NCBI RefSeq assembly: GCF_964204645.1
Contig: NC_134025.1
Location: 18,947,101 to 19,011,100 of the forward strand
DNA length: 64,000 nucleotides
Source of the DNA: Tubulanus polymorphus
Taxonomy: Eukaryota; Animalia; Nemertea
Direction: 5' to 3'
Below, piece after piece: positions 53,184-64,000 of the stretch; positions within the stretch are counted from its first letter, which is position 1; every line of letters begins with the position of its first letter. The notes under the pieces are model-generated. The model was not told the DNA's origin. It was given only the letters and a program-made list of their open reading frames with translations, and did no database searches. Made by a program: the position numbers and the translations under genes.

Positions 53184-54968
53184 CCAGGGATTCATTTCTA
53201 GATAGAAAAAGGTTTTTTGAGGAAATATCGCCAGGTTATGACTTATTATCTTGATATTTGTTAAATTGTATCAATGTCGTAGTATTCATCTCTGTATATG
53301 GACTTAGGGATACCCAGGTTATTGTTCTCGTCAGGGAGAGTTGAATATTGATTTGTTTATAATTTGCTGGTTATGTTGATGGTACCTACGGATATTTTGT
53401 TACTACAATTGATTGCAAAGTTTTTTTTGTTTCAAGGTCATTGGTTTTTGTGTAAGCCAGGGGGCAGCGTTGAATAGCCAAATAACTTAGTATTTTCATG
53501 TTGTATTGGTACCTAGGCATATTTTGTAACCACAATGAAATACAAAATTGTTGCTCATGATGTTCTATGATTGAGATGAGTTTCAAGGTCATTAGTTACT
53601 GTATATGGTCACCAGGGGTCTGAATATTGAAAGTGTCAGACTGTTGAATAATTAAAACCACTTCGCAAGTGGGCATTGTGTTCTTGGATCCCTAGTTATG
53701 TCATGGAATGTTGGTCCAGTGTTTGGAAAGTTTATGCGCTGCAGTTCTAGATTTTTTTGTTTTTGTTCATTTTCACCTACATACTGATTAGCAGTTCTAG
53801 ATTTTCTAGTTTTTGTTCATTTTCACCTACATATTGATTAGCTCAAGAAAAAAAACCTCATGAACTGCTTCGAAGTTCCTTTTTCATTTACATATTGATT
53901 AGCTCTAGGAAAATTCCATATGAACCGCCTAAGTTTTTTGCATTCGAAATTTTTCAATGCATAGGTAGAATTCATTTCTTTTTAGTAGTTTGCGCACGGT
54001 GTTTGTTTGACAACCAAGAATGCTAACACATTCGCTGCCATCTACGAGATAATATCTTGTTCTCCTGTACCTGTAGCTGATCTGTTTATTTCTTGGCTGG
54101 CACTGTGAAGCTGCTCTCTATTGCACAGGGATGAAAATCTTCTGAGGAAACGCGGTTTTCCGCAGTTGAATTTTATCATTCTTGAGATTGATGTAGATCT
54201 GTTGAAAATTTATGGGGGGTCAGGGTCTTGGAGAAAAGTTGAGAGTTAGATCGTAGCACACTTAAAGAACAGACCGTAAACGCGTCTTATAAAACCGGTG
54301 CTATGATCTCTGAAATCCTTTTACAACATCGCTGTCGTCTAGACCCACTGTAGATCAATAATATATATACATGTATATCGCTGCATGGGAAATCTATGTC
54401 TAGAATCTGCGGTTGCACGCTTCATTTCATTCAACACAGCATAGCCTAAGTGCTCAGTAATAGTAGTCATTGTTTTAATTCAGGCACAGTGTGCTTGTAT
54501 TGAGTGATAGATAGGAAAATTATAGATACGGGCTCCTCTTGGGACTCAACTATTTATTGACATGTGCATTTAAGTATGAACATGTTCTAGTGATTTGGAT
54601 ATTGTCTGAGCCATCCTTTTCTTTTACTCAAGCCATGAACAATGAAGGACCAACCACGTGGCAGCAGTTATATTTTGTCATTGGAAAATGGGCCTCAGAT
54701 GCCTCCTTTAAATTTCAAAAATTTCTTTGGAGTTTCCCCCAAACCCCCTTGAGGGGGCTTCGCACCTTCGGTGTGCGCGGCTGCTGGCTTGGCCAACTAT
54801 AGTTATAGCGTAATACTTATGTTTCTAATATTTCCGCGTTTTTCAAATGCCTCTGTTTTCATCCCTGATTGCAACTACGTATGAGGTGGCAGCTAATTTG
54901 TTAACATATGCATTTATATTGTTTTAAAGTTTTTCTTATGAACTGACAGCATGTTGTTCACGTGACAG

Positions 54969-55154
54969 GTTCATCGCACCGAATGCATTCGTATTATCGT
55001 CTTCATCTTCATCCCTATCGTCTTCTACCGTGCCTACAAATCGATTTTACCAATCCAGTTATATACCGTACCATATACGCAGGCAAAAACAAGACGAGAC
55101 CACAACAACTACTGTTACCACGCCTAGTTCCTTAACTACATTAGTTAACAAAAG
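54969..55154 (+). CDS. PPP1R12A: MYPT1-like Ser/Thr-rich exon
   Basis: tgacAG| FIAPNAFVLSSSSSSLSSSTVPTNRFYQSSYIPYHIRRQKQDETTTTTVTTPSSLTTLVNK |GTgaga; 186 nt, phase 2-2. Confidence 0.78.
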
Positions 55155-55817
55155 GTGAGATAATCCTCTACAAGATGTAGATATATGGAGATAGACCCTT
55201 TAAGCACATATGGTTCTTTACTCCTAACAGGCTATTGTGTTCACTTTTTATGTATGCGTGCATAGGCAGAATCCAGTTATTTTTGGAAAGTATTCAAGTC
55301 GTTTCAATGGATGATATTCATATCCAACCTTGTAACCCTAGACATCTGCAGCCAAAAAAGTGGCCTCATGAGATTGAAAATAGTTGACTGGCCATTCACT
55401 GAACTCTACACTTTTACACGTGTTTGAAATTGTCCAAGGGCAATTTTGAATATATTGGGATCAATTTTCTTAATACTGGTTATGCATATAAATAATGTTT
55501 GTTGAATTAAGGAAAATTATGCTAATCGATCACAAGGTGGAGAGCTGTTACTAAGTAATGAATATTTGATTATGTATATAATATTTCCAATGGTAGTAAT
55601 ACCTATAGCTACATATCTTGTTACTACAATCAATCGTAAATTTGTAGCTCATGAAATGATCTTTGATTGTTGTCATTGGTTTTTGTATATGTAAACCCAG
55701 AGATCAGAATTCCCCGCGTACGCGCGGGAAACCGGGGATTTTAGTATTGAAAAATATCATTTTTCCAAATAGTCCAAAAATGATGTAAAAGTAAAGGGGG
55801 GGGAGGTTATGATGGTC

Positions 55818-55888
55818 ATGCATGCATGCATGCATGCATACATACATACATACATACATACATACATACATACATACATACATACATA
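55818..55888. repeat. Compound microsatellite (CATG)n(CATA)n
   Basis: Direct reading. Confidence 0.95.
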
Positions 55889-56439
55889 GGTTTTCACGTG
55901 AACCTGTTGAATCGTCTACTGTTTTACTTCCGGGTTTTATTAGGGTTTCTGCTGCTTTTGCAGAATCCCTATTGTAATTCTACTGATTATTAACCATTCT
56001 GTATCACAAGTACTACGCTGCATTGACAGATACTGTACATGATATTATTAAGATATTATTTTCTTGAAAGGTTTCGAGGCTTTAACTATTGTTGTTATTG
56101 TTTCTTAGTTCTCGGTTCCCTTCCTTAGTAACCTCTATAATTTTGAATTACTGTAATTAGGGTTTTCTGTTACATTGCAGAAAACCCTATTGATATTCGC
56201 GTGTTTATTATTTGACAATTGACGTCAAAACTGCAAAGGCTTTCTTACCTTAACGCGGTTTCCGATACAATCCGTTTTATTTCATTTAGCTCACTTCGAT
56301 CTATAGATACTGCATGGGAATTTCGATGAATCAACGTTACAAAAGCACTGTCGGGCTGTAAACATCGAAAATTGTGCCCCATTCAATGAGGCGACATGAT
56401 TTTAGAGTCGTCATCCCGAAATCATCCGCAGGCTGGCCC

Positions 56440-57170
56440 TCACTTCGATTATCAATTCAAGTGTAAATAAAAAAATTTATTGACGCAAGCCTTCACATTC
56501 AGTCACGGTCTTCAAACAGTAATCTAACAATTTCCCATTTTCTTCATTGGTACACTTTACCGATCCACATGATATTTACTACTCTGAATATTATAAATAT
56601 TATGAGCACTATTGAGCAGTAAAGATCGATAATCAACGTGTGTCATTCCACGGATCCGCTGCGAGTTTTCCTCGCCATGAGAATCAAATCAAGTACAAAT
56701 AACTTTATTACTCCCACTGATTTGCCCGCGGGCTTCAAACAGTTTTACAATATGCTATTTTCCTTTACCAAATTTACCGGATATTTACTACGATAAATCA
56801 TTTAAGTCCCGGTGAGTCGTAGGCCTAAACTAAACAGGCCGAACAGATTCAGCAGAGAAAAGCTGTAGTGTTGACGAGGTATCAAAATAAATGAATTTAT
56901 TACTACAGCGATTTGGCCCGGGCTTCAACCATGTATTTGTATTCTATTTTTCCTACAGTACATACCGAGCTTTTCCAAATCCACAGGATATTTACTAAAT
57001 ACCTGTATATTACATATTATTATCCGTGGGAGAAAAGCTGTTGTGTCGGTGAGGAATCAAAATAAAAGAATTTATTACTTGATTCGGCCGCGAGCTTCAT
57101 TCAATTTTTCCTATAGTACGCACCGATCTTTACCAAATCCACAAGATATTTACTAAATATAAGTATATGA
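56440..57170. repeat. Diverged tandem array (~4 units of ~180-220 bp)
   Basis: Recurrent gaatcaaaataaa...tttatta...gcttca...ccacaggatatttacta; preceded by hairpin-type left ends tagggtttt...accctattg at ~55940 and ~56158. Confidence 0.55.
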
Positions 57171-57654
57171 CACACTCATCCGTAAGCTGGACTCACACTT
57201 ATATTCGGAGTAAGTGTACACGGGGGGAGGGTAGGAGATCGTTTCTCGGGTCGCTTGAAATGTTCATTGAGTTGTACGGACTCATGGATTGAACTCCAAA
57301 ACAAAATTTGCAAAAAAATCCGGCAACATTGCTGCGATGTACAATTGATGCGATCCCTGTTAAATAAGGTGTAGGAATAAGATGTTTAGGAGGGTTAAAA
57401 TTCAATAGGCCTAAGACCAATCCGTCCGGGTGTTAGGCCTACGCATATACATAGGTCTACGTAGGCTAGTAGCCTCTACTAGGTTAAAGCTAAGTTCACT
57501 ATAAAGGAGGAATCAGATTTATTAAAATGCATGTATTAGTGATTAACTGGTTCTGACTTCCAATGATCAATCACAATTATTAACGATATTTTATTGGCAA
57601 AAATGAAGAATTAATTCCTAATGACTGAAGTTACTGCGGATCCCCAGAAAGATC

Positions 57655-58240
57655 GTCGTTTGTTCAAAAAACCTTTCGCTTGAAATTTTTTTCGTCGAAC
57701 CAATAATATTTCATTCGATTGAACCAATTTGAAAAAATCGTTAGGCCAAAGTTTTTTTCGTTCGAACAAACTTTTTTGGTCCATACGAAATGTTTTTCGT
57801 TCGAACAATTGTTCGATCGAACAGAACTGTTTTCATTCTCTTGTCAAAATATTAAGTTTTCCGTTCGAACAAGTATATTATAAAAAGTTTTTCAATAGAA
57901 CAGAATTATTTTCATTCAAACATTGGTTCGAAACAAAATTGTTTTCAATCGACAAAATTTTTTCACTTGAACAGTAACATAGCTCTTTATTCGAACAAAT
58001 TTTTTTGTCAGAACGATGAAAAGTTTTCATTTGAACAAAAAGCATATTGTTCCATCAAACGGAATTCTTTTCATTCGAACGAGATTTTCTTGTCGGAACA
58101 TTAAGTTTTTTGTTCAAACAGATATATTGTTCGATCATAGCGTTTTTCGTTCTAAAGCGCACAATTCTGGTGGAACTAGATCTTTTCTTTACAATGAGTA
58201 TTCTTTATTCGAACAAAATAATCTTTTCATTCGAACTCAA
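57655..58240. repeat. Degenerate low-complexity array of TTCGAACAAA-like motifs
   Basis: Many ttcgaac/gttcga/ttttcattcgaa motifs at short irregular spacing. Confidence 0.7.
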
Positions 58241-59289
58241 AGGTATAATCTGAACCTGGGTTTTCTTTATCCAATATACATATCATGCCTTTCAGGTTGA
58301 AGCCCATCTTCCATGTTTCTAACCATGAACGGCACACAGCTTGTTTAGGTCATTTTGGAAATATACTCTGTCCGGTACATTTTGAATTACTCTGTATATC
58401 ATCTATCAGGAGAGCGAAGAGAAGACGACTTAGGAAACTACCTTGCGTGACTCCACTAGTTAGACCGATTTATTCCAAGATGAGACTGTTTCATTGATTT
58501 CAGCCGCCTGTTTTCGTTCAGAGAAATCTGCTGAGCCATTTGAAGGTCAAGTGCCCTGTTTTCTAAATGTGATATGTGTATAAAGGATAAGTGTGTTACT
58601 AATTCTGATTTTAGTAAAGCCATTACTGAGAAATAAGACTTTAAAGTTGGCTATTTTCACCAGTTTGCCGTACACAGCAGGTGCACGTTTGCTGTGATAA
58701 ACCCACGATCGCTGACGTCATTGTAGTCAAACACATATTTCCACGCACATTGTATCACTGAACAATAACAAACTTTTGAGGCACTTTATGAACACCAAAG
58801 CTATGGCTAAATAATAGATTTGATTTAAAACAATGAACTTAGCTTTATTAGATAGATTTTAAAACAATCCGTGGTGAAATAAGCAGTGTACGTCTGAAAT
58901 AATCCAACAGTTTCCAGTCTCTAATCCCGCACCGCATGATCACCATTCGTAGTGTATTTAATCCTTTTCGAAGTTGTTTAGATTCCTAAATTCTTTCTGA
59001 TGTATAGCGTTGATACTGTTATACGTAACACAACAAACATACAATGGATAGCATGCAGTAGAGCTGTGACTATAGAGAAGACATGATGTTGTTTTATAGA
59101 TTTTATATATAGGCTATGTGTACTGACTTCACACACGTGTATGTTTGTTTGGCAAAGATGACGCATGAATGTGGCGCTGACATGCGGCTGCGGCCGAGGT
59201 GCACAAGCTATATAGGTCAATGATCCAGTTATCTAATTTTACTGATTTAAGACAAATAAGTGACTTTTTTTCTGTAAGGCTGATCCCAG

Positions 59290-59520
59290 GTCGTCATTTA
59301 TATACATTAGTATCATTTGGATAGTAAATCTCAAAAAGTATGAATAAGAGGGCACTTGACCTTTAAGCGACCCATCATTGATACCGTTTCCAAATAGCTT
59401 ATTTAGTAATCGCTGATGTTGGACCTTATCAAATGCTTTTTTGAAATCCATAAAGACTAATTGAGGCCTAACTGTCGATTTTCCAGAGTCAAATAACCAT
59501 CTGGTCCAGACATCCATGGT
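59290..59520 (-). mobile_element. CR1-like LINE RT fragment
   Basis: FMDFKKAFDKVQHQRLLNKL...YINDDL on minus strand, internally deleted. Confidence 0.75.
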
Positions 59521-59754
59521 TTCAAAGTAGGCCTCATTGACTGTTTGTCAACCGTCCTTTTATAAAATCGTTTTGACAGTTGAACAGGATTCTAACTTCC
59601 TTCAATTTTTATGGCATGGTGCGGCTGCATCAGCGTACACACAATCGTCGTCACAGTATTCAGATGAGATCAAGAATATGTGAGGGTGAGGAGATCAAGA
59701 GGATGTGCAGAAAACCCGTTATCGCTGCTTTGCAGCTATATTTCATTATTGTGT

Positions 59755-59811
59755 TGTTGTTCCTCTGATGACGGGGCTTAGTTAAAGCCTCGAAACTGCC
59801 AAGAAAATAAA
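59755..59811 (+). ncRNA. Degenerate minimal type I hammerhead ribozyme motif
   Basis: CTGATGA-c-GGGGCTT-agtta-AAGCCTC-GAAAC-t-GCC then AATAAA; core and stem II present, cleavage triplet GCC not GUC, stem I poor. Confidence 0.5.
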
Positions 59812-60434
59812 CTTTTTTACAGATCAAACTGTACATGCTTTTATTTGTTAACTCTACTCTGACATAGATATCAGTTAATTGCAGTCAGTATCCATCTACG
59901 TATGTGTGTTGTGTATGTGTCTTACACCCACAGCGCATCACAGTACTTAAGGTGTGTTTGTGTCAGTGTCCCTGTATGCATTGATAGAGTGGTGTACTAC
60001 ATTTTATATCGCATATGAAACTTTCTTCCTTTGGTACAAAATAACTTCCAAAGGAGGCTTAGTTTCTCTTCGGAACTTTTTAAAGATTCAATGCAGTAAT
60101 AAAAGCTCTAATCCTATTGAATTTCATCAGAATCCGTTGCTTATTTATCAATTTAGTTATTCATTTGTTGGGGTTTCATTTCGTTTCGGAAGAAGACATG
60201 CCCTTTTACATATATTCATGCTTCACACACGTGCTCGTTACAGACTATCTGCTATGTGATGTATTGATCTGTGCATGTATATGAAAAGCGCGCCTTGTGC
60301 GTGGCCCTGTTAAAGTTTTACTGGAAACTGCAAATGACTCAACTGCCAGGGTTCGTTGCGGCAGTGAATTGTATAGAAGGGCAGCAAAATTGGGAACTTG
60401 GACATTGTTCAGTTTATGAAAATAAGTTGTCTAA

Positions 60435-61207
60435 AGACTGGCTTATGTCGACAAGCAAAGCGATGCCTACCGAGGCAACTGGGTTTATCGCCGATTAATG
60501 GCCTATGAGAGGCCGCCAGTTGCTGCTCTATCATTTTGACATAAGCTGGCTTGCGACGTCGACCCGACGCCTACCGACTTGTCGAAAGCCGTTTCCGGCT
60601 AGTTGCCCATGTCCTACTCCGGCCTACAGTAGGCGGACAGTTGCTTTCGATCGCAACCGACATAAGCTCAACTGCCACGCGAAGGAACTGAGCGCAGGAG
60701 TTCTAGCCAATAAGAGACCGCATATACATAGTACAAATTATGACCGCTAGGTAGCGTCATTCGTAGTTAGTCATAAACTTTCAAGTTCAAGTACTTCAAA
60801 ACGCAAACCAAACCTACAGTACGGCAGATGACTGGACTGAAGATCTAGAAACAAAATTGGTAGAATTATGGTGTGAGCGGCCATCTTATATGATGTTGCT
60901 AGCACATTGTATTCATGACATAATCAGGAAGATAAAGATCCTAAAGAAATAGCTTTTCTGATGGAAATATATTTGCCAATAATTCAAAATAATTCAATTT
61001 TTTTCTCAAAATACTTATCACATGACCGCGAGCCGTAACCGACATAAGGAGGGAAGACAACTGGGTGGATCTAGTATCCCGCTAGTCGGCCTCAGTTGCT
61101 GCGAATCGGAGCGCAGTCGACATAAGCTGGACTGCGATCGCGGTTGGTCTCAGTTGCGTCGGTAGGAGTCGATAGGCGTCGCATTGCTTGTCGACATAAG
61201 CCAGCCT
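60435..61207. mobile_element. PIF/Harbinger MITE
   Basis: ~39-bp TIR AGACTGGCTTATGTCGACAAGCA... / ...TGCTTGTCGACATAAGCCAGCCT with perfect TAA TSD. Confidence 0.85.
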
Positions 61208-64000
61208 TAACAAAGTTCGTACACAGTGTATAGAAATCACACCATGAAAGTGGAGAGTGTCTATTTGAGTCAGTAGGGAAAACCTGCTACCATGTATATT
61301 CATGATGAATCGTCATGCAGTTGTGTGTGATGGAGATCGTATCAATAGACAGATTTTCATGAAAACTTCTGGATTCAATCAAGGGGGACATCTCAGGCTT
61401 TTTTGATTACTTGGAGCACGGATTCTCTGAAATTCTTTCAAAAACTTCATGCCGAAGATAGGTAGGCCTATGCGTTTCTATTCATATTTCGAAAAAATAC
61501 ATTCTTTTCTTGATATTTTCTGTCCTTATTTTCGATCTAATTATCCGTAAAAAGTCAGCTTTCTCCCATCATTTGAATGCAATCCAATAGATTTCACTAT
61601 TTTTCGTTTGTTCTGCTTTTAATCTCTAATCAAGAGTACCAATGTTTAATTTTGATGCTGATTAAACATAGACTCTTGTAAATTTAGGAAAGTCCATATC
61701 AAGAATTTCGTTTCTTGTTATCTCTTCTACTAAATATGTGGCGAGCACTTTGCGCATCGATTGAGGTCAGTCATCCCTCCAGTGAATGCAACTAAGGAAT
61801 TTCTATAGCCTTAGCACAAGTTATAGCATATTGTATATAGCCTATATGAAGCATTATTCGGCTAGTAACAAGAATATTGCTTAATGGATTAAATTGAAAC
61901 TTATGTGAAATGTACGTAATACAGGAACCTTGAGGTAAGTCTAAGGGATCTTTGATTGGGACCCTGAACACCCACCACGTGGTGTTTAACTTTTGAAAAT
62001 TGTGACATCAAAAAAGGACTGTTAGAAAAAATTTTTGTCTTAGAGTCATCAGCTTCGGGTGAGCACGAAAGTTGTTCATGACAGCTCGGAGATTAAAAAA
62101 TCAGTGGCATGGCCCATCTGCAATTAACTGATTGGGCTCTAGGGGCTCTAAAATGGGCCCTAAATTTTTTTAATGAGATTTTTGCTCCTAGCTCCTTAAC
62201 CGCGGGATATATATATAATCGTGGTTGCAATGTTTGGTTAGTAGCCCTTTACAAGACACTTGTATTGATGTATGGTTTAAGTAGGTAACTCATATGGTTC
62301 TCCAGTAGCGCCACCTGCAAGTTGCTGGAAATGCATGTTCATTGATATCTACTAAGCGGATTAAGGGATTTCTTTGAATATTGATACAAATGTACCTGGA
62401 TATGAAATACAACGATCCTCTCACATAATTAGTTCCGATTCTAACCACTAGGGAGCGTAACTTTTGAAAACTCATTCTTGCATCCGTTATTCGTGGGTAA
62501 TTCAACCATTTCATTATGGATATCACAACCTGGAGTGAGTACATATACATATGTATGGTGTGCTAACCAGTTAAATTAGTTCATACAACTGCCATTAGGG
62601 AATGATAAAAACACGGTATTATTACCGAAGTTATTTTCCCTAAACTTGATACATTAGTACTGTGCACTTAGTAGCCATATCGGTCGACATATCCACGATA
62701 TGTGCTGACCCCTAGGTGGTGCTCCTTCAAAATAACGCTACGTTATGAACTGATTTCAGTGAAATCTTTTGCAAGCTTTAATTAGGTTTTTCTCAAATCG
62801 AATGGAGGACGTTGATATGCTAATTAGTCATGTGCTCGAATTGTAAATTCAATCTAATTTCATTTTGTAAAAATATCAAATCCAATTCAATTTTATTTCA
62901 TTGAACAAATTAATATGATACACGATTGTACTGGATAAATTACATTGAGCGGGGAGTGTATGTTGATAAATATAACCTACAGATTGCATCATTAGCCATT
63001 TATGAAAAGCTGACAGGCTGTCCGTTGTGCCCCTTGGGCTCTTTGTTTCAAGAATAAACAGAAATATAGCTGCAAAGCGGCGATAATGGGTTTTTCTGCC
63101 TTGCTGGTTTTAAACGTCGTATTAGGAAACTTATACAGATTTCGACGAAATTAATCTCGTCAGTTCAGACGGGTAATTTGGAGCACCACCAAGTTGTCGA
63201 GACTTATTTGGATGTGTGGATCCGTATTGGCTGTTATGTACAACGAAATAAGGAATCAGGTTTAGTCAAAATAACTTTGATGAAGTCACGATCCCCTAGT
63301 GGCATTTGTGTGAAATAAGCATGCCACTTGGCATATTGCACATATGTACGTGTACTTTGATACCAGGATTGTGATTTCTACTATAAAGGACTGAATTACA
63401 AGCAAGTGGCACTCTAATCACGTCAAATAACGTGCAATTTCTTGTAAACTTGGTATGTGTAAAATGGGGTAGGTCCATAAATTGCAGCTATTGAAAATCA
63501 GCTTTTTCACTCATCCAATATGGCTGCTATGGTTGACATCTTTAATTTCGTGTGAGCTCTCTTGCTCTACCAAGGAAATGTTAACTCTAAACATACCGGG
63601 GTGACATACGTAGCGTTACGCCGCTTACTAGTTTAATGTAGAGCTGAATGATATTAGAAGACTCGATTTCTGGAATGCCGTTATTATTAATGTTGAGTAA
63701 AAACAAATTCTATTGGCTATATAACAGCTTTACTAATCTTTGTTACATGACAGTACCAGAGCTATTTCTAGATTTAAGATCTAGGATTGGCATCACTAGT
63801 TATGGGCAAAAAATTGTATCTAGCGATTTTGTTAATTGATTGATATGAATTTTCCTTCAATGATTAAAAGCATAATTTACAAATCATCTAAGAATCAAAT
63901 CATCTAAATGAAATGTATGGAGTGGAAGAATCAATGGTAAATCATAATATCCGTGATAAAACGATACGAGTAAAATCCCACAATAAAAGAATTAGATGAT

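Noticed and set aside
58408-58497. Possible further MYPT1 exon (RRAKRRRLRK...)
   Set aside because: No good donor before the stop and no recognisable MYPT1 motif

Overview
AT-rich, repeat-dense animal (invertebrate-like) genomic DNA; nothing prokaryotic, no rRNA and no CRISPR. The window lies inside one + strand spliced gene, an ortholog of PPP1R12A/MYPT1 (myosin phosphatase targeting subunit, Drosophila Mbs). I can chain 11 GT-AG exons in frame from 4138 to 55154, covering the ankyrin repeats, a charged coiled-coil region and the WRLGLRKT(S)S and RSxSSP phospho-motifs. The N-terminal RVxF exons and C-terminal RRSTQG/leucine-zipper exons were not found and presumably lie outside the window. 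The introns hold layered mobile elements: a young rearranged LTR retroelement with a fold-back hairpin (10426-12998), a GC-rich DIRS-type gag-RT fragment between Helentron-like ends (37518-41229), scrambled Penelope-like fragments, nested LINE/Harbinger/hAT pieces, several non-autonomous Helentron-like families, piggyBac/Harbinger/hAT MITEs, a 29-bp palindromic insertion with its empty site in the window, and a degenerate hammerhead ribozyme motif. I found no convincing wholly new biological system. The best candidates for novelty are the Helentron-DIRS composite, the fold-back LTR element and the 29-bp mini-element. All family assignments come from motif recognition by eye, not database searches.
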